DNA from: an uncultured Chlamydiae bacterium | GTDB lineage: Bacteria > Chlamydiota > Chlamydiia > Chlamydiales > Parachlamydiaceae | DNA length: 64,000 nucleotides | Assembly (NCBI GenBank): GCA_963830365.1 | Contig: CAWHMU010000045.1 | Coordinates: 128,001 to 192,000 of the forward strand | Direction: 5' to 3' | Position numbers and translations under genes: made by a program | Shown here: piece by piece, positions 30,508-40,184 of the stretch | Position numbering within the stretch: position 1 is the first letter of the stretch | How the letters are laid out: every line of letters begins with the position of its first letter | Notes under the pieces: generated by a model | What the model was told of the DNA's origin: nothing | The model's input: only the letters and a program-made list of their open reading frames with translations | Database searches by the model: none

Positions 30508-32722
30508 ATGGGGATGTTCAAATTCGGAGGGAAGGGCTTTGTCAGGGTCGCCGGTATAGCGTTTGTTTTTTTACTGATGGCCATCCTCCACTTCAATCCT
30601 GTGTTTATTAGCAGTTGGATCAATTCATTGGAGAACTGGGCTTATGATGTGGGGGTGCGCGCCAATCATCGGCCGCTGGGAAAGGATGACTTAATCACCA
30701 TCGTTGATATCGATGATGCCAGCCTTGAAGCCATAGGTCGATGGCCGTGGTCAAGAGATGTGATGGCAAAGCTGACCGCCAGGCTCTATGAACTCGGTGC
30801 GACGGTGATCGCTTTTGACATTCTATTTTCAGAGTCGGAAGAAAATATCGTAAGTAAAGTGATCAAGGCGGCGCCTAAGGATAGCGACTACCTGTCAAAA
30901 TTGGAAAAGCTGAAGGAGAGTTTCGATTTCGATGCGGCCTTTGCTAAAAGTTTGAAAATGGGTGATTCGATATTAGCCATTGCCTTTAATCAGGAGGGGA
31001 AGTCGGTAGGTACGCTGCCGCCGCCGCTGCTCACCTTGGAAGGGGAGCTGGCCATGTATCTGGATATCCCGGTAGTGACGGGGTATTTAAGCAATGTGGC
31101 CACCCTGGTACAGGCAGTGAAATATGGCGCCTTTACCAACGCCTCACCCGACGAAGATGGCATATTGCGCTTTTCGCCGCTGCTATTGCGCTATGGCAAT
31201 GATGTCTATCCTTCATTAGGGCTGCAAGCGGCAGCGCTCTATTTATTGACCAGCAAAACCACCCTAAAGACTGGCAATTATGGCGGTTTGCCCGCTTTAG
31301 AGGGAGTGCAATTAGATCATATATTTCATTCCAACAGATACTAGGGGCCGCATTCTTATCCCCTATAGGGGGGGGGCCTACACCTTTCCTTTTGTTTCGG
31401 CCAAGGATGTCTTAAATGGCAAAGTAACGACTGAGCAGGTGGCAAATAAAATCATTTTCATCGGAACCTCGGCCACGAGCATGGGCGACTTAAAGGCCTC
31501 GCCGATAGCGCCCTCCTTTATCGGCGTTGAGGTGCATGCCACCATTGCCGCCGGCATTATGGATCACTACCTGCCACATATTCCGGCGTGGGGAAAAGGT
31601 GTTACCTTATTTCTGACTTTTGTGTTTGGACTGTCATGCGCCATTTTATTTCCGCTGCTCGGTCCCGTCACCACCTTCATTGCGGCGCTGGTTTTTCCGG
31701 GCAGCCTGTTCTTGTTTAAAAACTGGATGATGAATAATCATCTGATTGTGCTTTCGGTCATTTTCCCAATTATAGTGATCCTGTTCCTATTTATATTGAA
31801 TATCATTTACGGCTATGTGGCCGAATCGCGTCGGCGTAAAGAGATTAAGTCCTCCTTTGGTCAATATATCCCGCCGGAATATATCGATATCATGCTCAAA
31901 AAAGGCGCAAGCTTCGAATTGGCAGGCGAGAGTAAGGAGCTGTCAGTGCTTTTTGCCGATATCCGGCAGTTCACCAATATGTCTGAGAAGCTGACCGCGC
32001 CGGAATTGAAAGAACTGCTGAATCTCTATCTTACGCCCATGACGGAAGTCATTTTTGGCAATAAGGGAACCATCGATAAATATGTCGGCGATATGGTGAT
32101 GGCTTTTTGGGGCGCTCCGATAGATGATGCCAAAAATGCCTATAATGCCGTCTCCTGCGCTTTGGGAATGCAAGAGAAACTTGCCACGGATGTGAATCCA
32201 AGTTTTAGGGCGAGTAATAGGCCAGAAATCCATATCCGCATCGGCGTCAATACAGGCATTATGAACGTGGGGGATATGGGATCAAAATTCCGCAAGGCAT
32301 ACACCGTATTGGGCGATGAGGTGAATTTGGCATCGCGTTTGGAGGGGATCTCGAAGTATTATTTTCTGGATATCCTCGTCGGCGAAAATACTTATAATAT
32401 TACCAAAGACGATTTCATATTCAGACCGGTAGACAAAGTCAAGGTGGTCGGCAAACAAAAAGCGATTGCGATTTATAAGCCCATGTGCCATAAGGAAAAA
32501 GCTACTAAAGAAATTCTTACTGAGGTGGAAATTCATTCCAGCGCGCTTGGTCTGCTTCAAACGAGACAGTGGGATGAAGCAGAAACACTGTTTACACAGC
32601 TGCAGAAGGATTATCCACAGAATGCCGAATTTTATGGAGTTTATTTAGATAGAATTAAAGATTATCGTTTGAATCCACCTAACCCCGCATGGGAAGGAGA
32701 AGTTAGTTTTGAACATAAATAA
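30508..32722 (+). pseudogene. CHASE2-domain class III adenylate cyclase split by a single +1 frameshift near 31325 (ORFs 30505-31344 and 31439-32722)
   Basis: CHASE2: IVDIDDASLEAIGRWPWSR, DEDGILR. Shifted frame reads IPTDTRGRILIPYRGG..IIFIGTSA..GVEVHA. Three TMs follow, then FADIRQFT, DKYVGD and YTVLGDEVNLASRLE. Confidence 0.88.
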
Positions 32723-33542
32723 ATACATGTTTTTCCTTTGCTGCCTGTCTGTGACTCCTCTGATAGGGGAAGATCCCTCAGCCGGCCAGTCCATTGCCGT
32801 GCAAGGTAAGGTTTCGGCCGAAAAAGAAGGCGAAAAAACCCCGCGCACGCTACAACGAGGGTCTGCATTTTTCTCGAAGGATGTGGTCAATGTGGGGCCG
32901 GACTCCAAGGCTCAGCTGAAATTCATCGACGGCGGACTGGTAACCATTATCGCAAACAGCAAATATCGAATCTTATCCTATACGTTTACCAAAGAAAAAA
33001 GCGAAGTTAGCCTCGAGATTGTGGAAGGCGGCTTCCGCGCCATGACAGGCACTATCGGTAAAGAGCATCCTACAGACTATAAAGTCAAAACCCCCGTGGC
33101 CACCATCGGCATCAGGGGAACTATTTTTGAACTTGCCATTATCAACGGCGAGCTGCAACTCCACTGCGTTTCCGGTTCTGTCGTCATAACGAGCGGTGCA
33201 GCTGCGGTTAGCGGCGGTGGCGCTGGCGGTGCTGGCGGAACAGGCACTTCCGAAGGCGCAGGTGGCGGAGGTAATACAGTTGTTATTCCAGCAGGCAGCT
33301 ATGTGCCAGTAAGTGCCAATGGCACCATCGGTAAAGTAACAACGACGCCACTTCTTGGGCTTCAAACGTTGATTTCTGCGGGAGCCTTTACTCAGCCACC
33401 CGGCGGAGTGAATGATGTGCAAGCCCAGGCGACAATCCAAATCCAATCGGTTACCCCCCCTGAGGGCGGTACAACGACTGAATTATTAATCATAAACATC
33501 CCTGAATCAGAAGGAAATCCATCATGCGGCGCCAGCTTGTAA
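32709..33542 (+). CDS. Periplasmic FecR-domain protein
   Basis: Signal peptide, AQLKFIDGGLVTI, VKTPVATIGIRGT (FecR signature), Gly-rich insert. Confidence 0.85.
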   Translation: MNINKYMFFLCCLSVTPLIGEDPSAGQSIAVQGKVSAEKEGEKTPRTLQRGSAFFSKDVVNVGPDSKAQLKFIDGGLVTIIANSKYRILSYTFTKEKSEVSLEIVEGGFRAMTGTIGKEHPTDYKVKTPVATIGIRGTIFELAIINGELQLHCVSGSVVITSGAAAVSGGGAGGAGGTGTSEGAGGGGNTVVIPAGSYVPVSANGTIGKVTTTPLLGLQTLISAGAFTQPPGGVNDVQAQATIQIQSVTPPEGGTTTELLIINIPESEGNPSCGASL

Positions 33543-35203
33543 AATTTTTGGTCCTAACGTGCCTGTGTTTTTATGCAGGCACCCTGTCGGCACAGATTGA
33601 GGGGATTTTTATCACCAGTAAAGCCGACGAGATTCTGACAGCGGGAAGGCCTACCGTTAAGGGGGTCGAAATCTCGCAAATTACCATCCCGGGCGGTGAA
33701 GATAAGCTGAAAGAGCTCCTTAAACCTTATTTGGGAAAGCCGCTGACAAGAGAAAACGTCATCGAAGTCAAGCAAAAGATCATGCTGTATTTTGTGTCGC
33801 AGCAGCATTCTAAGCTTGGCGTCAGCCTGCCGGAACAGGAAACCACGGGTGGCGTCATCCAGGTCTTGGTCGATCAAAAGCAATTCGGCAAGATGATTAC
33901 CAAAGGAGAATCCTGGTACGACGATGCGCAATTGAGCCGGCTGTTGTCAGTCTCTCCAGGTCAGCAAATTTCTGAAGATACGCTGCAAAATAACCTTTCC
34001 TGGCTGAACCGCAATCCGTTTCATAGTGCGAAATCGAAATGGGTGCCGACAGACAATCCGCAGGTTGTAGACTTGCAAATTACCACCAAAACGCGCTCGC
34101 CCATCCGTTTGTACGACCGCTTTGATGATACCGGCAATGCAGCCACCGGTTACGGGCGTTTTGCCACCGGTTTTGCCTGGGGCAATGCCTTCGGGGTCGG
34201 AGATTTGCTGTCGTTTGAATATGGCTTTTCAAACAGAACCGGCCGCTACAGAAATTACATGTTGAACTATACCTCATTTTTGCCTTGCCAGCACATTTTG
34301 ACGCTGCTTACGCAATATTGCGAGGTGAAGCCTATCGTGCCTGTGCTATTAGGACCAAGTCCATTGGTCAATGCCAGCTCTACCCAGGTGCGTCTGCATT
34401 ACACCGTGCCGTTTAAGCCGTTGCATACGCCCCTGCAACAGAGCATGATTTTTGGTTTGGAATATAAAAACATCAAAAGCCATACGACGATCTTTGCGCT
34501 GTTGCCGCAGATCAGTCCTCCATATATTATAGAGCTGAATCAGAATATCACGCAGTTTTACTTCAATTACGCCTTTTACAACGTTATGAAAAGGCATGAT
34601 ATTTCATTCAGCGTGGATGTGTTCGCATCGCTTGGGAAATTGATCCCTCACGAGTCGAATGCCACTTACGAGGCCGTGCGTGCGCATTCAAGAAATAAAT
34701 ATGCCTATACGCGCCTTACCTTTGCAGATGTATATACCATCCCCAAGAAGTGCCAGATGAGCTTTCTGCTGCGCGGACAGGCGTCGACGGGCACTCTGCC
34801 TGTGACAGAGATGAGCTGTATCGGAGGTTATAATACGGTCCGTGGCTATCATGAGGCGGCATATTTTGCAGACAACAGCTTCATTGCTAACTTCGAACTG
34901 CGCACTTTGCCATATAAATTCTGGCCCTGCCAAAAGGGAGAGCTTATCTTCCTGGGCTTTGTCGATTATGGCGTGGGCATGAATTGGTTCATTCCAAAGT
35001 ATGTCGGCGTGGCGACTCCGCCCCACTGCCAGTGGCTGCTGGGTGTAGGTCCGGGCTTGCGCTACCGCATCAATCCTTATCTGCAAGTGAGAGCCGATTA
35101 TGGATTTAAACTGCATGATCTGTTCATCGGGCACATCCCGGCCTTGCAGCAGCTGCGCGGGAATTATGGCCAGTTCCACTTTGGTATTCTAGGAAGTTAC
35201 TAG
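33524..35203 (+). CDS. ShlB/FhaC/HecB-family (TpsB) outer-membrane transporter
   Basis: Signal peptide, POTRA-like region (LPEQETTGGVIQV; LSWLNRNP), DDTG, IGGYNTVRGY, C-terminal aromatic beta strand. Confidence 0.9.
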   Translation: MRRQLVKFLVLTCLCFYAGTLSAQIEGIFITSKADEILTAGRPTVKGVEISQITIPGGEDKLKELLKPYLGKPLTRENVIEVKQKIMLYFVSQQHSKLGVSLPEQETTGGVIQVLVDQKQFGKMITKGESWYDDAQLSRLLSVSPGQQISEDTLQNNLSWLNRNPFHSAKSKWVPTDNPQVVDLQITTKTRSPIRLYDRFDDTGNAATGYGRFATGFAWGNAFGVGDLLSFEYGFSNRTGRYRNYMLNYTSFLPCQHILTLLTQYCEVKPIVPVLLGPSPLVNASSTQVRLHYTVPFKPLHTPLQQSMIFGLEYKNIKSHTTIFALLPQISPPYIIELNQNITQFYFNYAFYNVMKRHDISFSVDVFASLGKLIPHESNATYEAVRAHSRNKYAYTRLTFADVYTIPKKCQMSFLLRGQASTGTLPVTEMSCIGGYNTVRGYHEAAYFADNSFIANFELRTLPYKFWPCQKGELIFLGFVDYGVGMNWFIPKYVGVATPPHCQWLLGVGPGLRYRINPYLQVRADYGFKLHDLFIGHIPALQQLRGNYGQFHFGILGSY

Positions 35204-35282
35204 GAAGCAGGCGATCCATCACGCTCATATCTGCCAAGAGGTATATATGGGTGTGATGGTGGTTGATAAATAAGGTGGGATT

Positions 35283-37118
35283 ATGAATTTCATTGTGTCG
35301 GTTATTTTTCTTTTTCTGGCCGTAAATCCGCTGGCGGCGGTTAATAAAGCCTATGTGCCTAATAACGGCCTGAATACGGTCACCATTCTGGATGTTACCA
35401 ATGGCGTAGTTTTAGGAACTCCGACAGTGGGCAGCAACCCGTTTTTTGCCGCCGTCTCGGCCGATAGCACAAAGATCTTTGTCTCCAATGCCGGCAGCAA
35501 TACTGTCACCGTCATCGATGCCACCACCGATTTAGTCACTGCCACCATCCCCTTAACCGGCACCACACCGCAGATGATTGTGGTAGACGGCACCAATGCC
35601 TTTGTGGCCAATGTGGGTGATGACACGATCAGTGTCATCGATACAACGACGAACTCGGAAACTTTCCTGATCACCAACATAACGATTGCCCCGGGGGTAA
35701 TGTCCCAGCCAAAATTTCTGACTATCGATGGAAGTAATCTTTATATCGGTTCGGAGAATACAGCCCAAGTGACGGTAATCGATAAAACGACTTTCTTATT
35801 TGTATCCTCCCCAGCGCCGGTATTTGGGGCGACCAGTTGCAGCTATCTGTCGCCGGCTCTGGGAATACAGGTGCTTACCAATCCCAGCGACGGCTCTGGC
35901 AGAACAACCACCATCGATGCCGGCACCTTTGCGACTTCCCCGATATTTTTCCCCTCGGCCGGCCCTTATGCGACGGTGTTTCCCGATAATTCAACTGCCT
36001 ACGAACCGCGGCCTACTTCAAATGACGTACAGATCGTTGATGTGACTTCATTTCCTGCTGCAGCAGGAGCTGCGATCCCAGTTGGTACCGACCCGCAGTT
36101 TGTGGTATTCAAATCAGACAGCTCCACCGCCTACGTTTCTGATCAGGGTAGCAGCGATGTGAGCCAGATCGATACCACCTTACTGACGGTAACGCCAATA
36201 CCTGTATCCGCCAGCCCCAACTTTCTCGGCATCACCGCCGATGATGCTAAAGTCGTGGTCTCCCATACGTTGACAGATTTCCTGAGCATCATCGATACCA
36301 CAACCCTGATTGCCACTCCTTTCGCATTAGCGCCAGGTTCATCACCTTCCTTCGTCACTATTCTGAGCGTAGCGGTGGCAGTGCCTGTCGTGACGGGCGT
36401 CAGCCCTACTTCCGGTTCGACCGCTGGTGGTACGGTCGTTGCTATCTCAGGTTCGGGCTTTACCGGCGCCACGGCGGTAAGTTTTGGCGGCACGCCTGCA
36501 GCCTCTTTCGCAGTATTCTCCGACGGTAGCATAAATGCCACCTCACCAGCACATGCCGCCGGCACCGTCGACATTACAGTGACCGGCCCGGGCGGTACTT
36601 CGGCCATCACTCCAGCCGATCAATTTACCTATCTCGCGCCGCCAGCTGTGACGAGTGTAAGCCCGACGACTGGACCGACTACCGGCGGTACAATTGTTTC
36701 CATTACAGGTGCAGGTTTTCTCAATGCCCTGACCGTGACCTTTGGCGGGGTACAAGCGGCAAGTTTTGTCATAAATTCAGACACGCTGATTACTGCCGTT
36801 TCACCCGCGCATGCCGCCGGCACGGTTGATGTACAGGTGGGGAGTCCGACCGGCACATCTGCTACGTCGCCCTCCGACCTATTTACGTTTGTAGCAGCGA
36901 GTGCAAACACTGCTGTTATTCTAAGCGCCCAGACTGCCACAGAAATCAGTCAGATAGTCGCATTTGAGGTGGTCAATGCCGCCCAGATCGAAGTGGATAC
37001 AGTCGGCATATTCGGCGTGTATATGGGCACCTATGCCGATACACTTTATCCTTACATCATTGATGGGGTAACGCCGTTTACAAATATAGTGCAGATAACG
37101 CCAAGCTGGTGTCAGTAG
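35283..37118 (+). CDS. Secreted YVTN beta-propeller plus two IPT/TIG domains
   Basis: Signal peptide, AYVPN/FVSN/FVAN..VIDT repeats, two PVVTGVSPTSGSTAGGT-type IPT domains, unique C-terminal tail. Confidence 0.88.
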   Translation: MNFIVSVIFLFLAVNPLAAVNKAYVPNNGLNTVTILDVTNGVVLGTPTVGSNPFFAAVSADSTKIFVSNAGSNTVTVIDATTDLVTATIPLTGTTPQMIVVDGTNAFVANVGDDTISVIDTTTNSETFLITNITIAPGVMSQPKFLTIDGSNLYIGSENTAQVTVIDKTTFLFVSSPAPVFGATSCSYLSPALGIQVLTNPSDGSGRTTTIDAGTFATSPIFFPSAGPYATVFPDNSTAYEPRPTSNDVQIVDVTSFPAAAGAAIPVGTDPQFVVFKSDSSTAYVSDQGSSDVSQIDTTLLTVTPIPVSASPNFLGITADDAKVVVSHTLTDFLSIIDTTTLIATPFALAPGSSPSFVTILSVAVAVPVVTGVSPTSGSTAGGTVVAISGSGFTGATAVSFGGTPAASFAVFSDGSINATSPAHAAGTVDITVTGPGGTSAITPADQFTYLAPPAVTSVSPTTGPTTGGTIVSITGAGFLNALTVTFGGVQAASFVINSDTLITAVSPAHAAGTVDVQVGSPTGTSATSPSDLFTFVAASANTAVILSAQTATEISQIVAFEVVNAAQIEVDTVGIFGVYMGTYADTLYPYIIDGVTPFTNIVQITPSWCQ

Positions 37119-37141
37119 ATCCGCTAACCTGATAGGATGAG

Positions 37142-38449
37142 GTGTCTGTGAAGCCCATTAAAACACTAGATGAAGCGCTGCAATCCATCCACAAGCTCCA
37201 GGCTATTTTGGATGTGTCTAAAGCCATGGGCAGTGAAATCACCATTGACAACTTGCTGAAATTGATTTTGGACAAAACGACGGAAGTCATGGATGCCGAC
37301 CGCAGCAGCCTGTTCATATACGATGAAAAAACCAATGAGCTGTGGAGTAAAATCGCCCAGGGGCTGGTAAGTTCGGAGATACGCTTTCCTGTAGGCATTG
37401 GCGTGGCAGGAGATGTGGCCAAAACACTCAAAACAGAAAACATCCCTGATGCTTATCTTGACAAGCGGTTCAATCCTGGCATAGATAAACTAAATAACTA
37501 CCGCACCAAAAGCCTGCTGTGCATGCCGCTGCTCGGCGACAAAGGACAGCTCGTCGGGGTCATCCAAGTTTTAAATAAAAAAACCGCCGATGCTTTTGAC
37601 GAAGAGGACGAAGCAATTCTTGAAGCCCTCTCCAGTCATATTTCAGTGGCTCTGCAGCGCGCCCAGCTGATCGAACACTACGTCGAAAATCAATTGTTGG
37701 CAGAGAGCTTGCAGCATGCCCGTAAAATTCAATTGGGCATGCTGCCGACTACCTTTCCGCCATTTCCCGATATAATTGACATTGTCGACGTCTATGCCAT
37801 CCTGGATGCGGCAAAGTTTGTAGGGGGGGATCTTTATGACTTTTTCCTGCTGGATGACAATTACCTTTGTATCATCGTGGGTGACGTGTCCGGTAAAGGC
37901 ATACCCGCTGCCGTATTTATGGCCATGGCGAAGACACTATTTAAAGCCGTAGCAAAGGCCACCATGCATCCCGAAGATATCCTGATGCAGGTCAACAATC
38001 TCCTGGTCGGCAACAACGAGGAGTTGATGTTCTTGACCCTGTTCTTCGGCATGCTCAATCTTGCGACCGGTGTTTTTGAATATGGCAGCGCCGGTCACAA
38101 TCCCCCTTATATCATTCATCCGGATGGCACGATTACCAATTTGACATTCGAATCTCCATGTATCCCGCTTGCCATCCAGGCTGATTTTGTCTTCAACAGC
38201 AAAACCATCCAGTGCTACCCGGGCGATTTCATCTATCTATATACCGATGGCGTCAATGAAGCCACTGACAGTAAAGATGAACTCTACTCTAATGAAAGGC
38301 TGGAAGTGTTTTTAAAGGGCAAGTCGTTCACTACCGCCAAAGAGCTTGTCTTAGGCAGTTTGAAAGAAGTAAAAGACTTTGTCAAAGAGGCCCCTCAATC
38401 GGATGATATCACTATCCTTGCCGTCAAATATGGGGGAGCGCGAAAATGA
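37142..38449 (+). CDS. GAF plus SpoIIE/PP2C (RsbU-like) phosphatase
   Basis: GAF with NKxxxxxFxxxDE; VGGDLYDF, GDVSGKG, YTDGVNEA and SDDIT motifs. Confidence 0.92.
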   Translation: MSVKPIKTLDEALQSIHKLQAILDVSKAMGSEITIDNLLKLILDKTTEVMDADRSSLFIYDEKTNELWSKIAQGLVSSEIRFPVGIGVAGDVAKTLKTENIPDAYLDKRFNPGIDKLNNYRTKSLLCMPLLGDKGQLVGVIQVLNKKTADAFDEEDEAILEALSSHISVALQRAQLIEHYVENQLLAESLQHARKIQLGMLPTTFPPFPDIIDIVDVYAILDAAKFVGGDLYDFFLLDDNYLCIIVGDVSGKGIPAAVFMAMAKTLFKAVAKATMHPEDILMQVNNLLVGNNEELMFLTLFFGMLNLATGVFEYGSAGHNPPYIIHPDGTITNLTFESPCIPLAIQADFVFNSKTIQCYPGDFIYLYTDGVNEATDSKDELYSNERLEVFLKGKSFTTAKELVLGSLKEVKDFVKEAPQSDDITILAVKYGGARK

Positions 38450-39225
38450 AATTCACTTTTTTAGGAACCGGTTCCGCCTTTACGCTAGGGGATGGCAACT
38501 ACCATTCGAATATGTTGCTGGAATCCGACCAGGGAAAGCGCCTGCTAATAGACTGCGGATCCGATGCACGCTTTTCGTTAAAGGAACAGGGGTTTTCATA
38601 CAAAGATCTGGATGATGTCTATATAAGCCATCTGCATGCCGACCATGTGGGAGGGCTGGAATGGCTGTCATTTACCACTTATTTCGATCCTACGGCCCAT
38701 AGACTGCGCATACATCTCAGCCAAAACCTGGCGGAGTCTCTCTGGCATCATGTGATGTCGGGTGGACTAAACAGCATTAAAGGGCTAAATCCCAATCTGA
38801 GGACTTTTTATGATGTTGACGCTGTCAAAATTAATGGTTCATTTCAATGGGAGGGGGTCGACTTTCACCTGATAAGAACCATTCATACCTATTCCGGCGA
38901 TACGCTCAATCCGAGCTATGGCCTGTTTTTTCAGATCAACCAGCACAAGATCTTTCTTACCACCGATGCGCAATTTGTCCTCTCTGAGACCATACAGCAC
39001 TATCAGAAGGCTACCATTATTTTCCAGGACTGCGAAACATGCCACCATAAAAGCGGCACCCATGCCCATTACAGTGAACTGGTGACGCTGCCGCCGGAAA
39101 TCAAGCAGAAAATGTGGCTTTACCATTATCAGCCCGGAGCATTGCCCGATGCCGTAGCCGCAGGCTTTTTAGGTTTCGCCAAAAAAGGGCAAACGTTTCA
39201 TTTTAACATTAGCGATGGCTGTTGA
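38446..39225 (+). CDS. MBL-fold metallohydrolase, candidate cyclic-nucleotide phosphodiesterase
   Basis: FLGTGSAF, LIDCG, SHLHADHVGGLE (HxHxDH); ATGA overlap with the upstream gene. Confidence 0.85.
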   Translation: MKFTFLGTGSAFTLGDGNYHSNMLLESDQGKRLLIDCGSDARFSLKEQGFSYKDLDDVYISHLHADHVGGLEWLSFTTYFDPTAHRLRIHLSQNLAESLWHHVMSGGLNSIKGLNPNLRTFYDVDAVKINGSFQWEGVDFHLIRTIHTYSGDTLNPSYGLFFQINQHKIFLTTDAQFVLSETIQHYQKATIIFQDCETCHHKSGTHAHYSELVTLPPEIKQKMWLYHYQPGALPDAVAAGFLGFAKKGQTFHFNISDGC

Positions 39226-39320
39226 AAAGTAATCATGCTTTAAAATACCCTTCTCACTATTATACTTTTTGCAATCTACTATGCCGCCCGCGCGGTATAG
39301 ATCAACCCGGAAGGATATCA

Positions 39321-39755
39321 ATGAAAAAAATCGTTTACTTGCTTATTTGCATGCAGGCTTTTATCGTTTCAGCCCCACTTCTAGGAGCTGATGAAGGCGA
39401 TGGCATGCCGCCGCGCGATCAAGGCATGTGGCAGACGGTGATCATGATCGCCATCGCCATGCTCTTTTTCTACTTCATCCTATGGCGTCCAGAACAGAAA
39501 AGACGCAAGATCATCGAAGATCAACGCGGTGCCCTCAAAAAAGGCGACCGCGTCACAGCCGTTGGCATCATCGGCACCGTGCTGCGCATTCAGGAACAAA
39601 CTGTAATCTTGAAAATGTACGACGGCTCCAAAATAGAAGTTCTTAAAGGCGCGATCACAGATGTCCTGCCCGGCACAGAGGAAGATGTTAAAAAAGCTGA
39701 AAAAGATGAGCGTAGCCCATCTTCCAAACGCATCGACATGAGCGATATCGAATAA
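39321..39755 (+). CDS. yajC: Preprotein translocase subunit YajC
   Basis: FYFILWRPEQKRRK and LKKGDRVTAVGIIGTV; ATG 39321 follows an AAGGA RBS. Confidence 0.92.
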   Translation: MKKIVYLLICMQAFIVSAPLLGADEGDGMPPRDQGMWQTVIMIAIAMLFFYFILWRPEQKRRKIIEDQRGALKKGDRVTAVGIIGTVLRIQEQTVILKMYDGSKIEVLKGAITDVLPGTEEDVKKAEKDERSPSSKRIDMSDIE

Positions 39756-39837
39756 GCCGCAGCCTGGATTGTCAATGGATTAGTTTTTGTATCATTACCC
39801 TTGGCAATAGGTTTTGAAATCGATTCAATGCAATGAT

Positions 39838-40020
39838 CGCAAAGGGGGCAACAGCAAAAAATAACAGGATGGCAAGATAGTCAGGATAATCACAATACAA
39901 ACAAATTGTAGCCACGCTTTTTCTTGAGGCTATATTTATCCTGCATAGCTTGCCATCCTGCCCTTTAATTTTGCTGTTTATCCTCTTTGCGCCGCTTGGC
40001 TGTTCTTATGCGCTGAATTT
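39838..40020. repeat. Inverted pair of the CAGGAT/CGCAAAG composite repeat between convergent genes
   Basis: cagcaaaaaataacaggatggcaagatagtcaggataa versus ttatcctgcatagcttgccatcctg..ttttgctg; the distal part is the reverse complement of the element at 1978. Confidence 0.8.
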
Positions 40021-40184
40021 CATTTTAGACAATATGTCAAATTTTCACTAGATCATGGTATAACTGCATAGCAGTCACCAGTTGCTTTATTTTATAGGTA
40101 GATGCCAAGGCCTATTGATCCTTCTCTTTTCTTTCAGCAAGATGTGGGTGCCATATCGTCCATTTTATACAGACGCCAATTCCC

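Noticed and set aside
31368..31376. G9 tract as the phase-variation switch of the cyclase
   Set aside because: The tract is in frame with the downstream ORF and lies after the premature stop, so it cannot explain the split.
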